This document shows positions 53,316 to 64,000 of a DNA stretch of 64,000 nucleotides, one piece after another (the first letter of the stretch is position 1; each line of letters begins with the position of its first letter). Under the pieces are notes generated by a model. That model saw only the letters and a program-made list of their open reading frames with translations, made no database searches and was not told the DNA's origin. The position numbers were made by a program, and so were the translations under genes. Source of the stretch: Octopus bimaculoides (Eukaryota); contig NC_068981.1 of assembly GCF_001194135.2 (NCBI RefSeq), positions 154,608,098 through 154,672,097 of the forward strand, in the 5' to 3' direction.

Positions 53316-53381
53316 TTGTTTAATAAGCATCTTTACATGATCAATATTGCCATAGGATGCTGCTCTGTGAAGTGCTGTTCT
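53316..53381 (-). CDS. INVS: Inversin internal exon B (66 nt, phase 0/0)
   Basis: Acceptor ctttttcttcttCAG, donor GTAAGT. Translates RTALHRAASYGNIDHVKMLIKQ versus human QTALHWSAYYNNPEHVKLLIKH. It is in frame with exons A and C and is not represented as a minus-strand ORF in the track. Confidence 0.9.
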
Positions 53382-55039
53382 CTGAAGAAGAAAAAGCAGA
53401 AGAAAAAAAATAACAGAAACAATGAATTAAAAGAATATATATTCAGAGGCAGTATATATTTTCTTTACTGTATTGTAACACTTTTATATCAAAATGAATG
53501 AAATGAAAGTGGTAACCATTAACATTTTAATATCTCCGATCATCTTAGGTATATTTTAATAAAGCAACATAAGAACAAACAAATCTCTGAAATTACAATA
53601 AAGTGCATTTATGCTTTGATACATTGGCATTTAGCCACTTCCATTAATGGTATATAATATATAAACAATGTTGCCAACACTAATAAAGTGTGTTCTTATA
53701 TAACAGTCTACATAATTGTAGAACCTGCAATTTTTTTTTTATTTTCAGTTTAACAAGGCAATAAATATTAATTTAATGAAAAAAATTATTGGTGGTTATT
53801 TTATGATAGAAATTTGTATATATTATCTCTGTACAAAGAATTTATGTTCTATTTCAACCAATATAGATATTTGATCTAGTTTGTTGATGGAGACTAGCAA
53901 TAATATTATCACTTACTGGAACAAAACCAGAATTTATCAATCAATAACTTTAGTGTCGCTTAATTGGAATTCTCAGGGGAGCAACAGGCAATGTTCGTGA
54001 AGTAGAATTCTAACAAAAGGCAACAAGTCATTAAAAATTTATAAAAATTTACAATATTTAAAAAGAAGCAAATGAAAAAAATAACTGACAGAAAAAGATA
54101 ACAGGCTTAGCAGTATTCCACTGATTGGATCATTTCAGTTATGCATTATGGATATTTGAGAAAGTTGACAAGTAATTGATCAGCTGCAGGAAATCAATAT
54201 CTGAAGCAACAAATCAATTTAGGTAATTATTCACAGCTAATAACTTCAGTGTTAGAAATTAGGATAAGAAAAAAACATGAAGCAGTTTTTCTGTTCTTCA
54301 GTCCTGTCCTAATATTGAGTGACCTAAGCAGATTATATGTACACAAATATGTAATTCTTCGTAAAATGGTCAAAAAGCAGCAAAATTTGTTAACTTTCTA
54401 AGCATGTAAACATTTTTTTTTGTTTTGGTGAAAAATTTGTGAAATTAAAAATATATGAAAAATATAAAATAAACATGGCTTTCGCTGGTTCATTATCATC
54501 AATTATTACAGCACCAAATCACAAGTATGAGAAAAAACTTTTCAAAGGACTTCATCAAATTGATTGGGTTTACTCTCCTACATTTTTCATTCAATAACAC
54601 ACACAAAAAAAAGAAAAGCTTTTTGGCTATATTTTTCAAAGTATTCATTCTATAACAGCAGCTAATAACAAATTTACTATTAAAGGAAAAAAAAACAAAA
54701 CAATTCTCTTCACTCCATGACTGCACCTTTTGGCCACAATCCAAAATGTATGTCAGCTAAATTATGTGCTTCTGTTGTTTCAAAACTCACCAATCCTAAT
54801 ACATTACTATTCTGTCAGTAATAGCTGTACTTGTTCTTGTTTCCAACAGCATGTTATTTCATATGAACTATAACACAATAAACAATATACACCACCCGAC
54901 TTTTCAACAGCAACATTAGATGTAATTTAGATATGAATTTGCAGCTCATACAACAAAAGCCCATATTGTCTGGCAATATGTCATGCTTAATTTTTACAAG
55001 CATACAACTTATTTTTTCTTTCTTTTCTTTTACTTGCTG

Positions 55040-56450
55040 AGTCTGGAGGAAGGGGCAGTACCCATGATTTTTGCATGTCCTCCAGGATCAGTATGCCTGA
55101 TGTCATTAATATTCCTTTTAAACTATTGCTTGTCAACAGCTACAGGGAAAAATATGAGCAAGAAGATACCAAAGGACCAATGCTCTGGTCAGAAAGGATT
55201 CAACATAGAAGTTACTGTGGACACAACAATGTTGACAAGAGGTGAAATGAAGAATGGGACAAGGAGTGCCTGAATGGTGGAAGTATGAATCCAACCAGCT
55301 CTGAGGAACAGAGGCCAATAGGGTTGTGATAGAAAAGGTAAAGGAGATAACATAACTGTGTGTCAGAAGCTGATGTGCGTCCATTAGTGGTTGGTCAAGA
55401 TGTCTGCTTGCATAGCAGTAGTAATATCACAGATGAATGAGTAATATTCCATAGTGAAGCTTACATAATCCTTGTAGGGTGTCAAAAGCTGCTGGGAGCC
55501 AAAACATTTTCTGGTCCTGAAGAGAAGGCCAGTTTTTGGGATGTAGTCCTAATTATGGTAAGCAAATGCTTATGCCAGGAGAGAAATTCTTGGTGACAAT
55601 GGGGCCTAGAATCTGAAGTGACCATGAGGACTCCAACTGAATGCTGCTAATGTTCAGTGGAGTTGTATGATATGACAGTATTTTCTTGATAGCAGTAATG
55701 TTTGAGCTTTTTTGTTGTGAAAAGAGAAGCAGTGTGGGCATGGCTCCACTGGAGGATGCTATCATGGTCTTCATTTATAGAGTCAATGCAGTTGTTGCAT
55801 GTAGTGTGTCTAGATTGTAAATGGATGATGCATAGCTGGAAAAAGTTAGGAAGGAATGAAGAGCCATGTCATGTGTGTAAGAGTGGGCATTGCTGGAGTG
55901 GGAAGGGGGTCATTGGTGTATCAAGGGAAAAGTGTGGAGGAACAAAAACCAAAGCTTGAGGAGTTGACAGAGAGTAGAATAGAAAGACCTTCATCAACAT
56001 ATGCTACGATGACATGATTAGATAGAAAGCTACCAATCCAAGAGATGGGAGATGGGTGGATTCAGTAGATGAATAGTTTTCATAGCAGATTTGCACAAAA
56101 GATATAGTTGAAAGCTTTGCTGCTGTTTAGAGCAACAACATTGCTTTCATTGAACTTATCTAAAGTGAGAGTTCGTTGATGAGTGACTTATGAAAGTAGG
56201 TATCCAGTGAGTCTGGTTCTGTGGAAGCTATACTAGTGGTCATTGTGGAGAAAAAGAGATTAAAGGCATTGCAAAATGTTATAATTAATGGCTGTCCTCT
56301 AGCCTTAGCAATGTTAAAGGTGAAAGCATTAATAAAACCGTAGTTGGTAGGGTCAGAGAGACTTCCTTTGTATGGAATGGCACACACTAGGGTGTGCTTC
56401 CAAATGTCAAAATTATGTCCCTTACAGAGGGACTTGAACCTAAGACATTC
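55040..56450 (-). mobile_element. Decayed CR1/Jockey-group LINE RT fragment
   Basis: WKHTLVCAIPYKGSLSDPTNY (WK.A.V.PIPKKG...P.NYRP-like) and a C-terminal FLTRALVLWYLL...IFP segment (FF.....LWN.LP..FP-like). Confidence 0.7.
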
Positions 56451-56639
56451 AAATGAAAAGCCTAATGTTTTATTGACTGAGCTGTGCGGATGGACAAAAC
56501 CAACTACTCTAGTTGACAGCATTAGAGGATATTATTCATCAATTCAGAATCAAATTCTCATTCTTTTAATCATTATTAGTCTGCGATTCATTAAGAAAGA
56601 ACATTTAAGCCTTTAATCATTAACATTTATATATTAATA

Positions 56640-57725
56640 CTAGCAGAGGCACCCGGCGTTGCCCGGGAATGAAATTGTTGCTTATATACTGGAAGAAAAA
56701 AAGCAAAATATATTGTATAGAAATTTGAGGACATTCTGTAGATGTACTCTCAGATAAATGATGGCTGGGCGTCTCTCATGAATGGGAAAATTGAAGATGC
56801 GCTAGAAAGCCTCATTGGTACTTGGAAACTTTTACGAAAATTAAAATGGGGATTAAATGAAAAAATGATTTACGTGAATATCCTCACAAGAGTAACTGAA
56901 ATAATTGGCGATTGTGGACCCCCCCCCCGCACGCACGTATACACACACACACACACACACACAGAGTATCACACAGATGAAATGGACGTGTGTGTGTGTG
57001 TGAGACAGAGAGAGAGAGAGAGAGAATGATAGAGAGGTTTGTTGTCATGTATACGTACATGCATAAATATGCATACATCTTTGTATGTGTGTGTGTGTGT
57101 GCGTGTGTATGAGAGAGAGAGAGAGTAAATACTACATACACACTGCTCTCTCACTCTGTCTCACACACACACATGCACACATACATCTAAAAATGATGGA
57201 TGCATATGACAACACACCTCTTGATTCACTCACACTCTGTTGGCGATCTTTCGATACCAATCCTCCTTTTTGCTTCAGCGTTTGTTTCCATCAATTTGGC
57301 AATTTCCGTAAGGGAAGAGGGAAAGGACGAAAGCGGGAAAGGACGTTAGTCAGCGACAGCACTGATCTGTTAGGTAGCAGACAGCAGGGTTAGGGTTAAG
57401 GGAGTGTGAGAGAGAAAGCGAGAGATAAGTGACATGTGTTTTTAAGGGAGTGTGAAAGAGATAGAGAGAGAAAGCAAGAGAAAGCGAGAGATAACTGGCA
57501 TGTGTTACGTCAATACCAGAAGCTGGCATTGAGGAACCTTTTTAAAGAAGTGAATCATAAATATAAAGCAATATTTTTTATTTTTAATGTAAAAAATCAA
57601 ATAAAGAGCCTAACATTTATCCAAGGTCAAATTATTCATGCATCACAAGTATGGAAGTAAATAGTGAAGCCGTTTTCACATGATAAGCGATTACACACAC
57701 ATCTCTGTTTTATATATAGTATAGA
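56640..57725 (-). mobile_element. Non-autonomous Helitron (1,086 bp)
   Basis: On the minus strand it reads A|TC...CTAG|T, with no TSD. A GC hairpin cccgg-cgttgc-ccggg (56652-56667) lies near the CTAG end. The interior holds microsatellites. Confidence 0.8.
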
Positions 57726-58441
57726 TATCATCATTAAACTATGGTTTTTCCATTTATGTAACTGATATTACAACTGCTACTACCCATTTGAACATGCTTC
57801 CATCAATATTGAAATTGTTCTTTGTATCTGTTTTTTTCAACTCATACACTTTCTTAGGTCTGTTATAAAACATACACAAGCTTTTCTTTTCAAAACTGAA
57901 ATATTCTTTTATTTACAAGTCAAACATTTCTATTAATTAATAACCTTATTTTAAATGGTTTTTGTATCTGGTTTGCATGACTCTTTATGTGAATTTGCAT
58001 GCTGAAGCAAATTTTGTTGTGTCTAGGGAGAGTCATTATTGCCTATATAATTAACACATGCACTGGTTCAATTCCACTCCTTTATTATTAGCCAATTGGT
58101 TAAATATCCAATTAAATAATCGATCATTTAATTTGTTTTGTTTTTGTTTGTCAAAGCTCTTTCATTGCTACTTGTGACCCTTTCAATGACTATTGACTTA
58201 GTCCATTATAGAGGCTGTATTTGTCTGTTTGAGATCTTATTGTGTGTGTGCATACCAGCTTGTGCATGTGTTTGTGCATGTATGTATGTAGTCTGCATAT
58301 TCATGTGTTTGTGTGCATGCTTGTGAATTTATTTGTGTATATATGTGTGTCAGTGTGTCATTGAAAAGGTTGCAAATAACAATGAAAGAGCTTTGACAAG
58401 CAAAACAAAAACTTAATACTTGCTTAGTTAGTTGGATGGGT

Positions 58442-58908
58442 GGAGGCGCAATGGCCCAGTGAGTGGACTCGTGGTCATAGGATCGCGGTTTCGATTCCCA
58501 AACTGGGCGTTGTGAGTGTTTATTGAGCGAAAACACCTAAAGCTCCACGAGGCTCTGGCAGGGGATGGTGGCGAACCCTGCTGTACTCTTCCACCACAAC
58601 TTTCTCTCACTCTTACTTCCTGTTTCTGTTGTGCCTGTAATTCAAAGGGTCAGCCTTGTCACACTGTGTCANNNNNNNNNNACCACAACTTTCTCTCACT
58701 CTTACTTCCTGTTTCTGTTGTGCCTGTAATTCAAAGGGTCAGCCTTGTCACACTGTGTCACGCTGAATATCCCTGAGAACTACGTTAAGGGTACATGTGT
58801 CTGTGGAGTGCTCAGCCACTTGCACGTTAATTTCACGAGCAGGCTGTTCCGTTGATCGGATCAATTGGAACCCTCAACGTCATAAGTGATGGAGTGCCAA
58901 CAACAACA
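58442..58908 (+). mobile_element. Young tRNA-derived SINE family E. Older relative at 24684-25010; similar tRNA-like head at 63635-63930
   Basis: A-box-like tggcccagtg, B-box ggtttcgattcc, CpG retained and (CAA)n tail. The 3' core gagaacta.g.taagggt.ca.gtgtctgtgg...gcaggctgttcc.ttgatc is shared with 24684-25010. Confidence 0.88.
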
Positions 58909-60019
58909 GTTAGTTGGATCTTTAACCAATTGACTAATAACAAACGAGTGGAATTGAACCAGTGTGTGTGTGTTAATAATATTGGCATAATGACTCTCCC
59001 TAGACACAACAAAACTTATCTTAAATATGATATGGAAAGCAATAAAGATTCCAACACTTCCACCCAATTAGAGCTTACAGAGTTTACTTAATAAATAGCA
59101 TTTTTATTTTTGGATGAATATCAAGGGTAGCCTCAGAAAATAAACAGACCTAACAGATTTATTTTTCATTATAACACCTTGAACATTTTGAAATAAATAA
59201 TAAACAGTTGACTTTTGCCTCACACTTTATAATCCTCAGTGGAATATTTACTATGATACAACAAAGACGTGATGAGATATTCTGAAGGAACAGAACAATC
59301 AAAGTAGAGTTTAGACTTCTCAATAATACAAGGCAACACATTTCTAGATACAAAGCCTGACATTAGCTAATACCTTGTTATGATAAAATATATTTTTATT
59401 AAAATATGTATTTTGAGGAAAATGAATAAAATGCTCACTGAAGTTCAAATAAGCAATGTGAAAAATTCCCTTCTAGTTCAATTTTATTGCTTTATTTCTC
59501 AATATGCTCTGCTTGATATGTGCTGTTCTTTTCTATAAGTTGCCACACATGCAATAGTCTTACAAATAAATTACCATGTGAATGTGTATATAAGTATTGA
59601 CAACTATATTGCCTTAACTCATAATTCAAATACATTTCAGTCAACGTAGTCAACAGTGAAAACACAAAGATCATAAGACAGATTTACACTCTGCTACACA
59701 TTATCACTTAGCACCTTACAGCTAGACTTCATCTGCTACTTTATACTATAGTATTAAAAAGATTTAAACAACAGCTCAAAAGTCCACAACCGGACCCAAA
59801 CTGAACTGAATAAAATGTAAATACTATGTTTGATTAAATTTGATACAAATCAACTATTATTAGTGTTATTTGATAAATGATACATGTAATTAGACAATAT
59901 GAATATAGAAGCTTTAAAAAAACTTTGTAGCCTTAGTGGAGATATAATTTATTAATAGCAATAGAATGCAGACATGCAGCACATTCATCTTTCAAAGTTT
60001 TCAATTCTCTCAACTTTAC

Positions 60020-60193
60020 CTTGTATTTATCTTGATCATCTATTTCCCCAGGTGTCAATTGTTTTAGTAAAAGTGTCAGACTCTTTAAAGACTTGTGCCT
60101 GGTGCATAAATGCATCGCAGTTTGACCTTCATTGTCTTTCTCACGGCAGTTTGCATTTCTTGATAAGAGTAATTTCAATAGACGAAAATTACC
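60020..60193 (-). CDS. INVS: Inversin internal exon A (174 nt, phase 0/0), ankyrin repeats
   Basis: Flanked by a pyrimidine tract + TAG acceptor (60194-60195) and a GTAAAG donor (60019-60018). Translates GNFRLLKLLLSRNANCREKDNEGQTAMHLCTRHKSLKSLTLLLKQLTPGEIDDQDKYK. It is colinear without gaps with human INVS as I recall it (GNYRFMKLLLTRRANWMQKDLEEMTPLHLTTRHRSPKCLALLLKFMAPGEVDTQDKNK). Confidence 0.92.
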
Positions 60194-63100
60194 CTAATAA
60201 AAATAAAAAAAGAAAAGAAAGCATTCATTTTTCTGAAATCTATCAATAGACAACAGTCAATACATTAACAGACAGACAGACAGACACACACACACACTAA
60301 ATGAATCACATGAAATATTATAATATATTTACAATAACAATAATTAGGAGTTACAGCAAGCTGAATGGCAGACTGTCTACTGAAAGGTTAGTAGTTTGTA
60401 GACATGACTAAAACTACAAACTCTTATATTTTTATGACTGAAACATTTAACACTGAATAACCCAGTCTGTTTAGCTGCCAGTAGAAACCATAGTTAAGGT
60501 ATAGCTCAATCCTATACAAGCATCAGAAGCACAGCCAAGTGAATGCTTCCAGAGTATATCACCTGATACCAGAAGACTATCTAGTCTATATTAAAACTTT
60601 TATTTACTTTTCAAAAACTTCATTTCACTAAATGATTAATTGAATACAATGAAACCTTATACAAAAGCTCATTTCTTGACCACTCAATCTTTATGTCTAC
60701 AAATTTAACACATAAATACATCTGGTTTGTATTGCTATTCAAGATCACACAGTTAAATCATTTGAATTTTCAGACATTCTTTTCAGAATTTCTTCCGACA
60801 TTCAACTTCGTTTCTTTGAATAGAAGTAGAAACTAAGAAGTGAGAACAACATCAATTTAGTTCTGCCTAAACAGTGACACATAAGAATAGAATATTCCAG
60901 TAACATTAAGATAACAGTAATTTGTTGCTTTCAGTGACTTTTCAATACTCAGAACAGTGGGAAGCCAAATACACCATCAGGTTTCATTTGTTTATTGTGC
61001 CTAGTTTGGCCCTCATTGTGATGGATTCAAATAATGTTGGAATCAAATCTTTCTTTAATGTAGCAGGAGTTGATAAAATAAGCGTCCATAATATTCTAGG
61101 GATCAATACATATCACTCTAAATAAAATTGGCCCTGTGCCTTGGACAGAGAAAATAAACATTTTCTAGTACAACAAGGAAATTGAAAAAAATGTTTGCTT
61201 ATATTTTCTTTTCTTCCTGTTCATGAAAGCCAATCCAGCATGTAATACAGTGACATTAAACCAATAGCAATAATGATGATACTGATGATGATGATGTTGG
61301 TGATGCTGGTAACAATGATGATGATAATGGTGGTGGTGGTGGTGGTGCTGCTGCTGCTGCTGATAATTGTTAAAACTAATCTTTAATGTACCTGTAGAAA
61401 TATGCCCTGGGTGGCAGTTTTAAAGATTTACATTTTGAAACAAAAAACAGTGAATCAACTCCACCTAATTAGCAAAGCACTGCATTCGATTCTATCTTGC
61501 AAATGAAATTCACCTCAACTGTTGTGTAAAATATATCAACAAATAAATTTCACAATGGACATGAATCAAATCTAAAATTAACAACTGTGAAATTGGCACT
61601 CAGCATGTGATCCTTAATACAAGATTGGCAAAACCAATAAAGGATATTGAATGGAAAATAAATTAATATAATGTTCAACAGTTATTAACTGTGTTTTAAA
61701 TCAGTAGTCACACTTTGATCAATATACAATATATAACTCTAAAAAATATCATTTTCACCATTTTTCCCCTCTCTAATATTGACAACATCAAGGTTAGGTT
61801 GACAATGATGGTGGTGATGCTGATGATGATAATGGCAATGACAGTGGTGGGGAAGAGAATGACAAAGAGGTGGAGGGAGGTTGTGTCTGTACTGATGTGG
61901 TTGATAACAATAACTTTCTCTTTGACAACATAAAAATACCGATAAGTTTGTCTTTAAGATAAAACTAAGTTAGAAATTAAGTTGTGGAATGTGTTCTATA
62001 ACAAACATCAAAGTTAATAATTGATTTCTTAATTCTTATATAAACTTTCCCTGATAACAGGTTTATTTATTTACTTTCATGAATCAAAGTGTGTATTTAT
62101 ATATAAACATTATACATACATACATACATACATATATAAATATAAAACCAGACAAAAAAAAGGCATTTTGCAACAAAAGCAAACACGAACGAATAAAGAT
62201 ATGTGAACAAAAATGTTAAGGAAAAGTATGACACATAAACATTGATGGAAATTGCTAAAATAATTAAAAAAACATACGGCATTAAGAAAAAAGAAAAAGT
62301 AAAATATGAAAAAATGTGAAGTTATATTGTAGAAAAGGGTAAGAAAGATATAAAACTGTATGCATGAAGCTTCATTTTGCCAGGTTTTATTAAAAAATGT
62401 ATGGTAATGCAGTCAGAATGATTTCATTGACAGACACATACCAACCCCTAAAATGTTGGCTTTTTATTAAGCGCAAAAGAAATCAATATTTATTTATACA
62501 TTTTCTTTGACAAGACAAGTGATGGTAACTAACCGAGTGACAATGTTCATTCTTGTGGATTAGACAATTAAAAGAATGAACATTTCGAACAAGTTTTTGC
62601 ATCCTGACAGTCCCAGTGACAGATTTTCTTTGCACTATTGTGTATCAGTCAGTGTTGTTTATAAGGAGGAAACTCTTCAAGACTGGCAATCCGCCATGTT
62701 GCCACATAGCTGAAATTCTCAATGACAAAAAGTACAGACATGAAACTGTAATCTAAGCAAAGAAGTAGCAAGTTAGCTGTCTTATGGCCATTTTCATTCT
62801 CGTTTATTGTTGATGTCTGTGGAATAACTTAATGACTCTTTTGCTTTGCTTTATATCCAGTGTAATCTTATTGATATTTTACTGTTATATTTTATGTATG
62901 TTTTTGTTTTATTCTTCAATTAACTGAAGTTCATTCAACAAAACAAAAACCAGTCTGTAACCAAAAATCAAATATAATCACTCTAATTTGAAGAGACGAG
63001 TGCTGATGTCTTTCAATAAGAGGTGATTCAGTAAAAAGCAATAAGTGAGGGAAGTTAATGTACCATGAAGTGATAAGAAACAATGAGGGAACTTCTATGT

Positions 63101-63209
63101 GGTTGTTTCACTTGCTTGAAATAGCAGTCAAATCTTGCTCAAATTACACCTTATTTTAAAAACAGAAAAGATACTTTGTATAACATAGTCCTAGATCAGA
63201 GTCAGTATC

Positions 63210-63385
63210 AGTTCTTCCTCTTGAGCTCATTGGGCAGTAATGTTCTCTGTTCACTGCAGTTTTCTCTACATCTACCCATGCAATACTGGCCTTTCTCATG
63301 TTGATTACGAATGTTTTGTGCTATTATAGAATTTGGTCTTCCTCTCTTTCTTTTTCCCTCTGGTGTTATCCATTTGAAAGTTGTT
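63210..63385 (-). mobile_element. LINE extreme 3' coding end
   Basis: KWITPEGKRKRGRP...WVDVEKTA, a G.R.RGRP..W motif. Confidence 0.6.
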
Positions 63386-64000
63386 TTAAAACAGTGTTAG
63401 ATACCCTTTAAAAAATGGGATGGTCAAGACCGGTTTACCTCTGACCAGCAATCTGCTCAATGGCGAGCTTAACAGCGACAAGGGAAAAGACTCTTTTGTT
63501 GATATTTACAATAATTCAACATCTTTATACAAATAGAGAATCTGTGAGAATTTTAATTGAATCAGTGAGAGGCAGGGGCTCAGATCTTTGAGAAAGTCTC
63601 TATTGCTGTTGCTATTATTTCTATTATTCCATGTGAGGGCACATGGCTTAGTGGTTTGGGTGTTGCATTCACAATTGCAAGATCATGGTTTCAATTTCTA
63701 GACCAGGTGGTGCATTGTGTTCTTGAGCAAAACACTTTATCTCACATTGCTCTGTGATCACTTCAACACCTAATGTGTGGTTCATCATGCACCTGTTCAG
63801 GCAATGTCGATTTGATGGAGGGAATGACCTAATGTACAGCACATACATTTGATAACTATAGACGAATCATTTGTGTAGGTCATTCGGAAAAAGCTGAATG
63901 CTCATATGTTATCTTCAGTGGGAGAGTCCATCATTATTGTAATTATTATTGTTATTAGGTTGTTCAGAAAATAATGGCTGATTTCAGAAACATAATTTTA

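Larger units (their letters stand above)
53382..60019 (-). other. 6,638-bp GT-AG intron of INVS between exons A and B
   Basis: Canonical ends and in-frame junction DKYK|RTAL. Confidence 0.88.

Noticed and set aside
57385-57400. Interstitial telomeric repeat
   Set aside because: Only about two TTAGGG-like units inside a Helitron, compatible with chance.
58442-58510. tRNA gene (also the heads of SINE A and C)
   Set aside because: A and B boxes are present, but there is no complete cloverleaf and the sequence continues into a SINE body.
59933-60178. ORF-track protein read as a single-exon gene
   Set aside because: Ankyrin similarity stops at the GT donor (60019) and begins at the acceptor upstream of the listed start. 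The rest is intron read-through.
62460-62720. hAT transposase relic (DKTSDG-like)
   Set aside because: A single weak motif among many stops, with no TIRs found.

Overview
AT-rich, repeat-dense animal genomic DNA with four short N gaps. The SINE, LINE and microsatellite content resembles a coleoid cephalopod such as Octopus; this is inferred from remembered repeat families and not verified. The only host gene I can support is inversin (INVS/NPHP2), on the minus strand. Three internal phase-0 exons (60193-60020, 53381-53316, 5369-5268) splice in frame to 114 aa of ankyrin repeats that align residue by residue with human INVS about aa 92-205. A 47,946-bp intron splits what is one 168-nt exon in human into 66 + 102 nt. 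Nearly everything else is intronic mobile DNA: RTE LINEs and SINEs that share their 3' tail, a near full-length mariner nested in an RTE, an R4/Dong-type retroelement sitting in a (TAA)n microsatellite, a Penelope-like GIY-YIG element with a decayed hammerhead-ribozyme motif, Gypsy, CR1-like and Tigger relics, Helitron-type elements and several MITE types. A few inverted and direct repeats remain unexplained. I found no convincing new protein-coding system. The best leads are RNA-structural or retroelement-related. All alignments were done by eye, and boundaries of old repeats are approximate.
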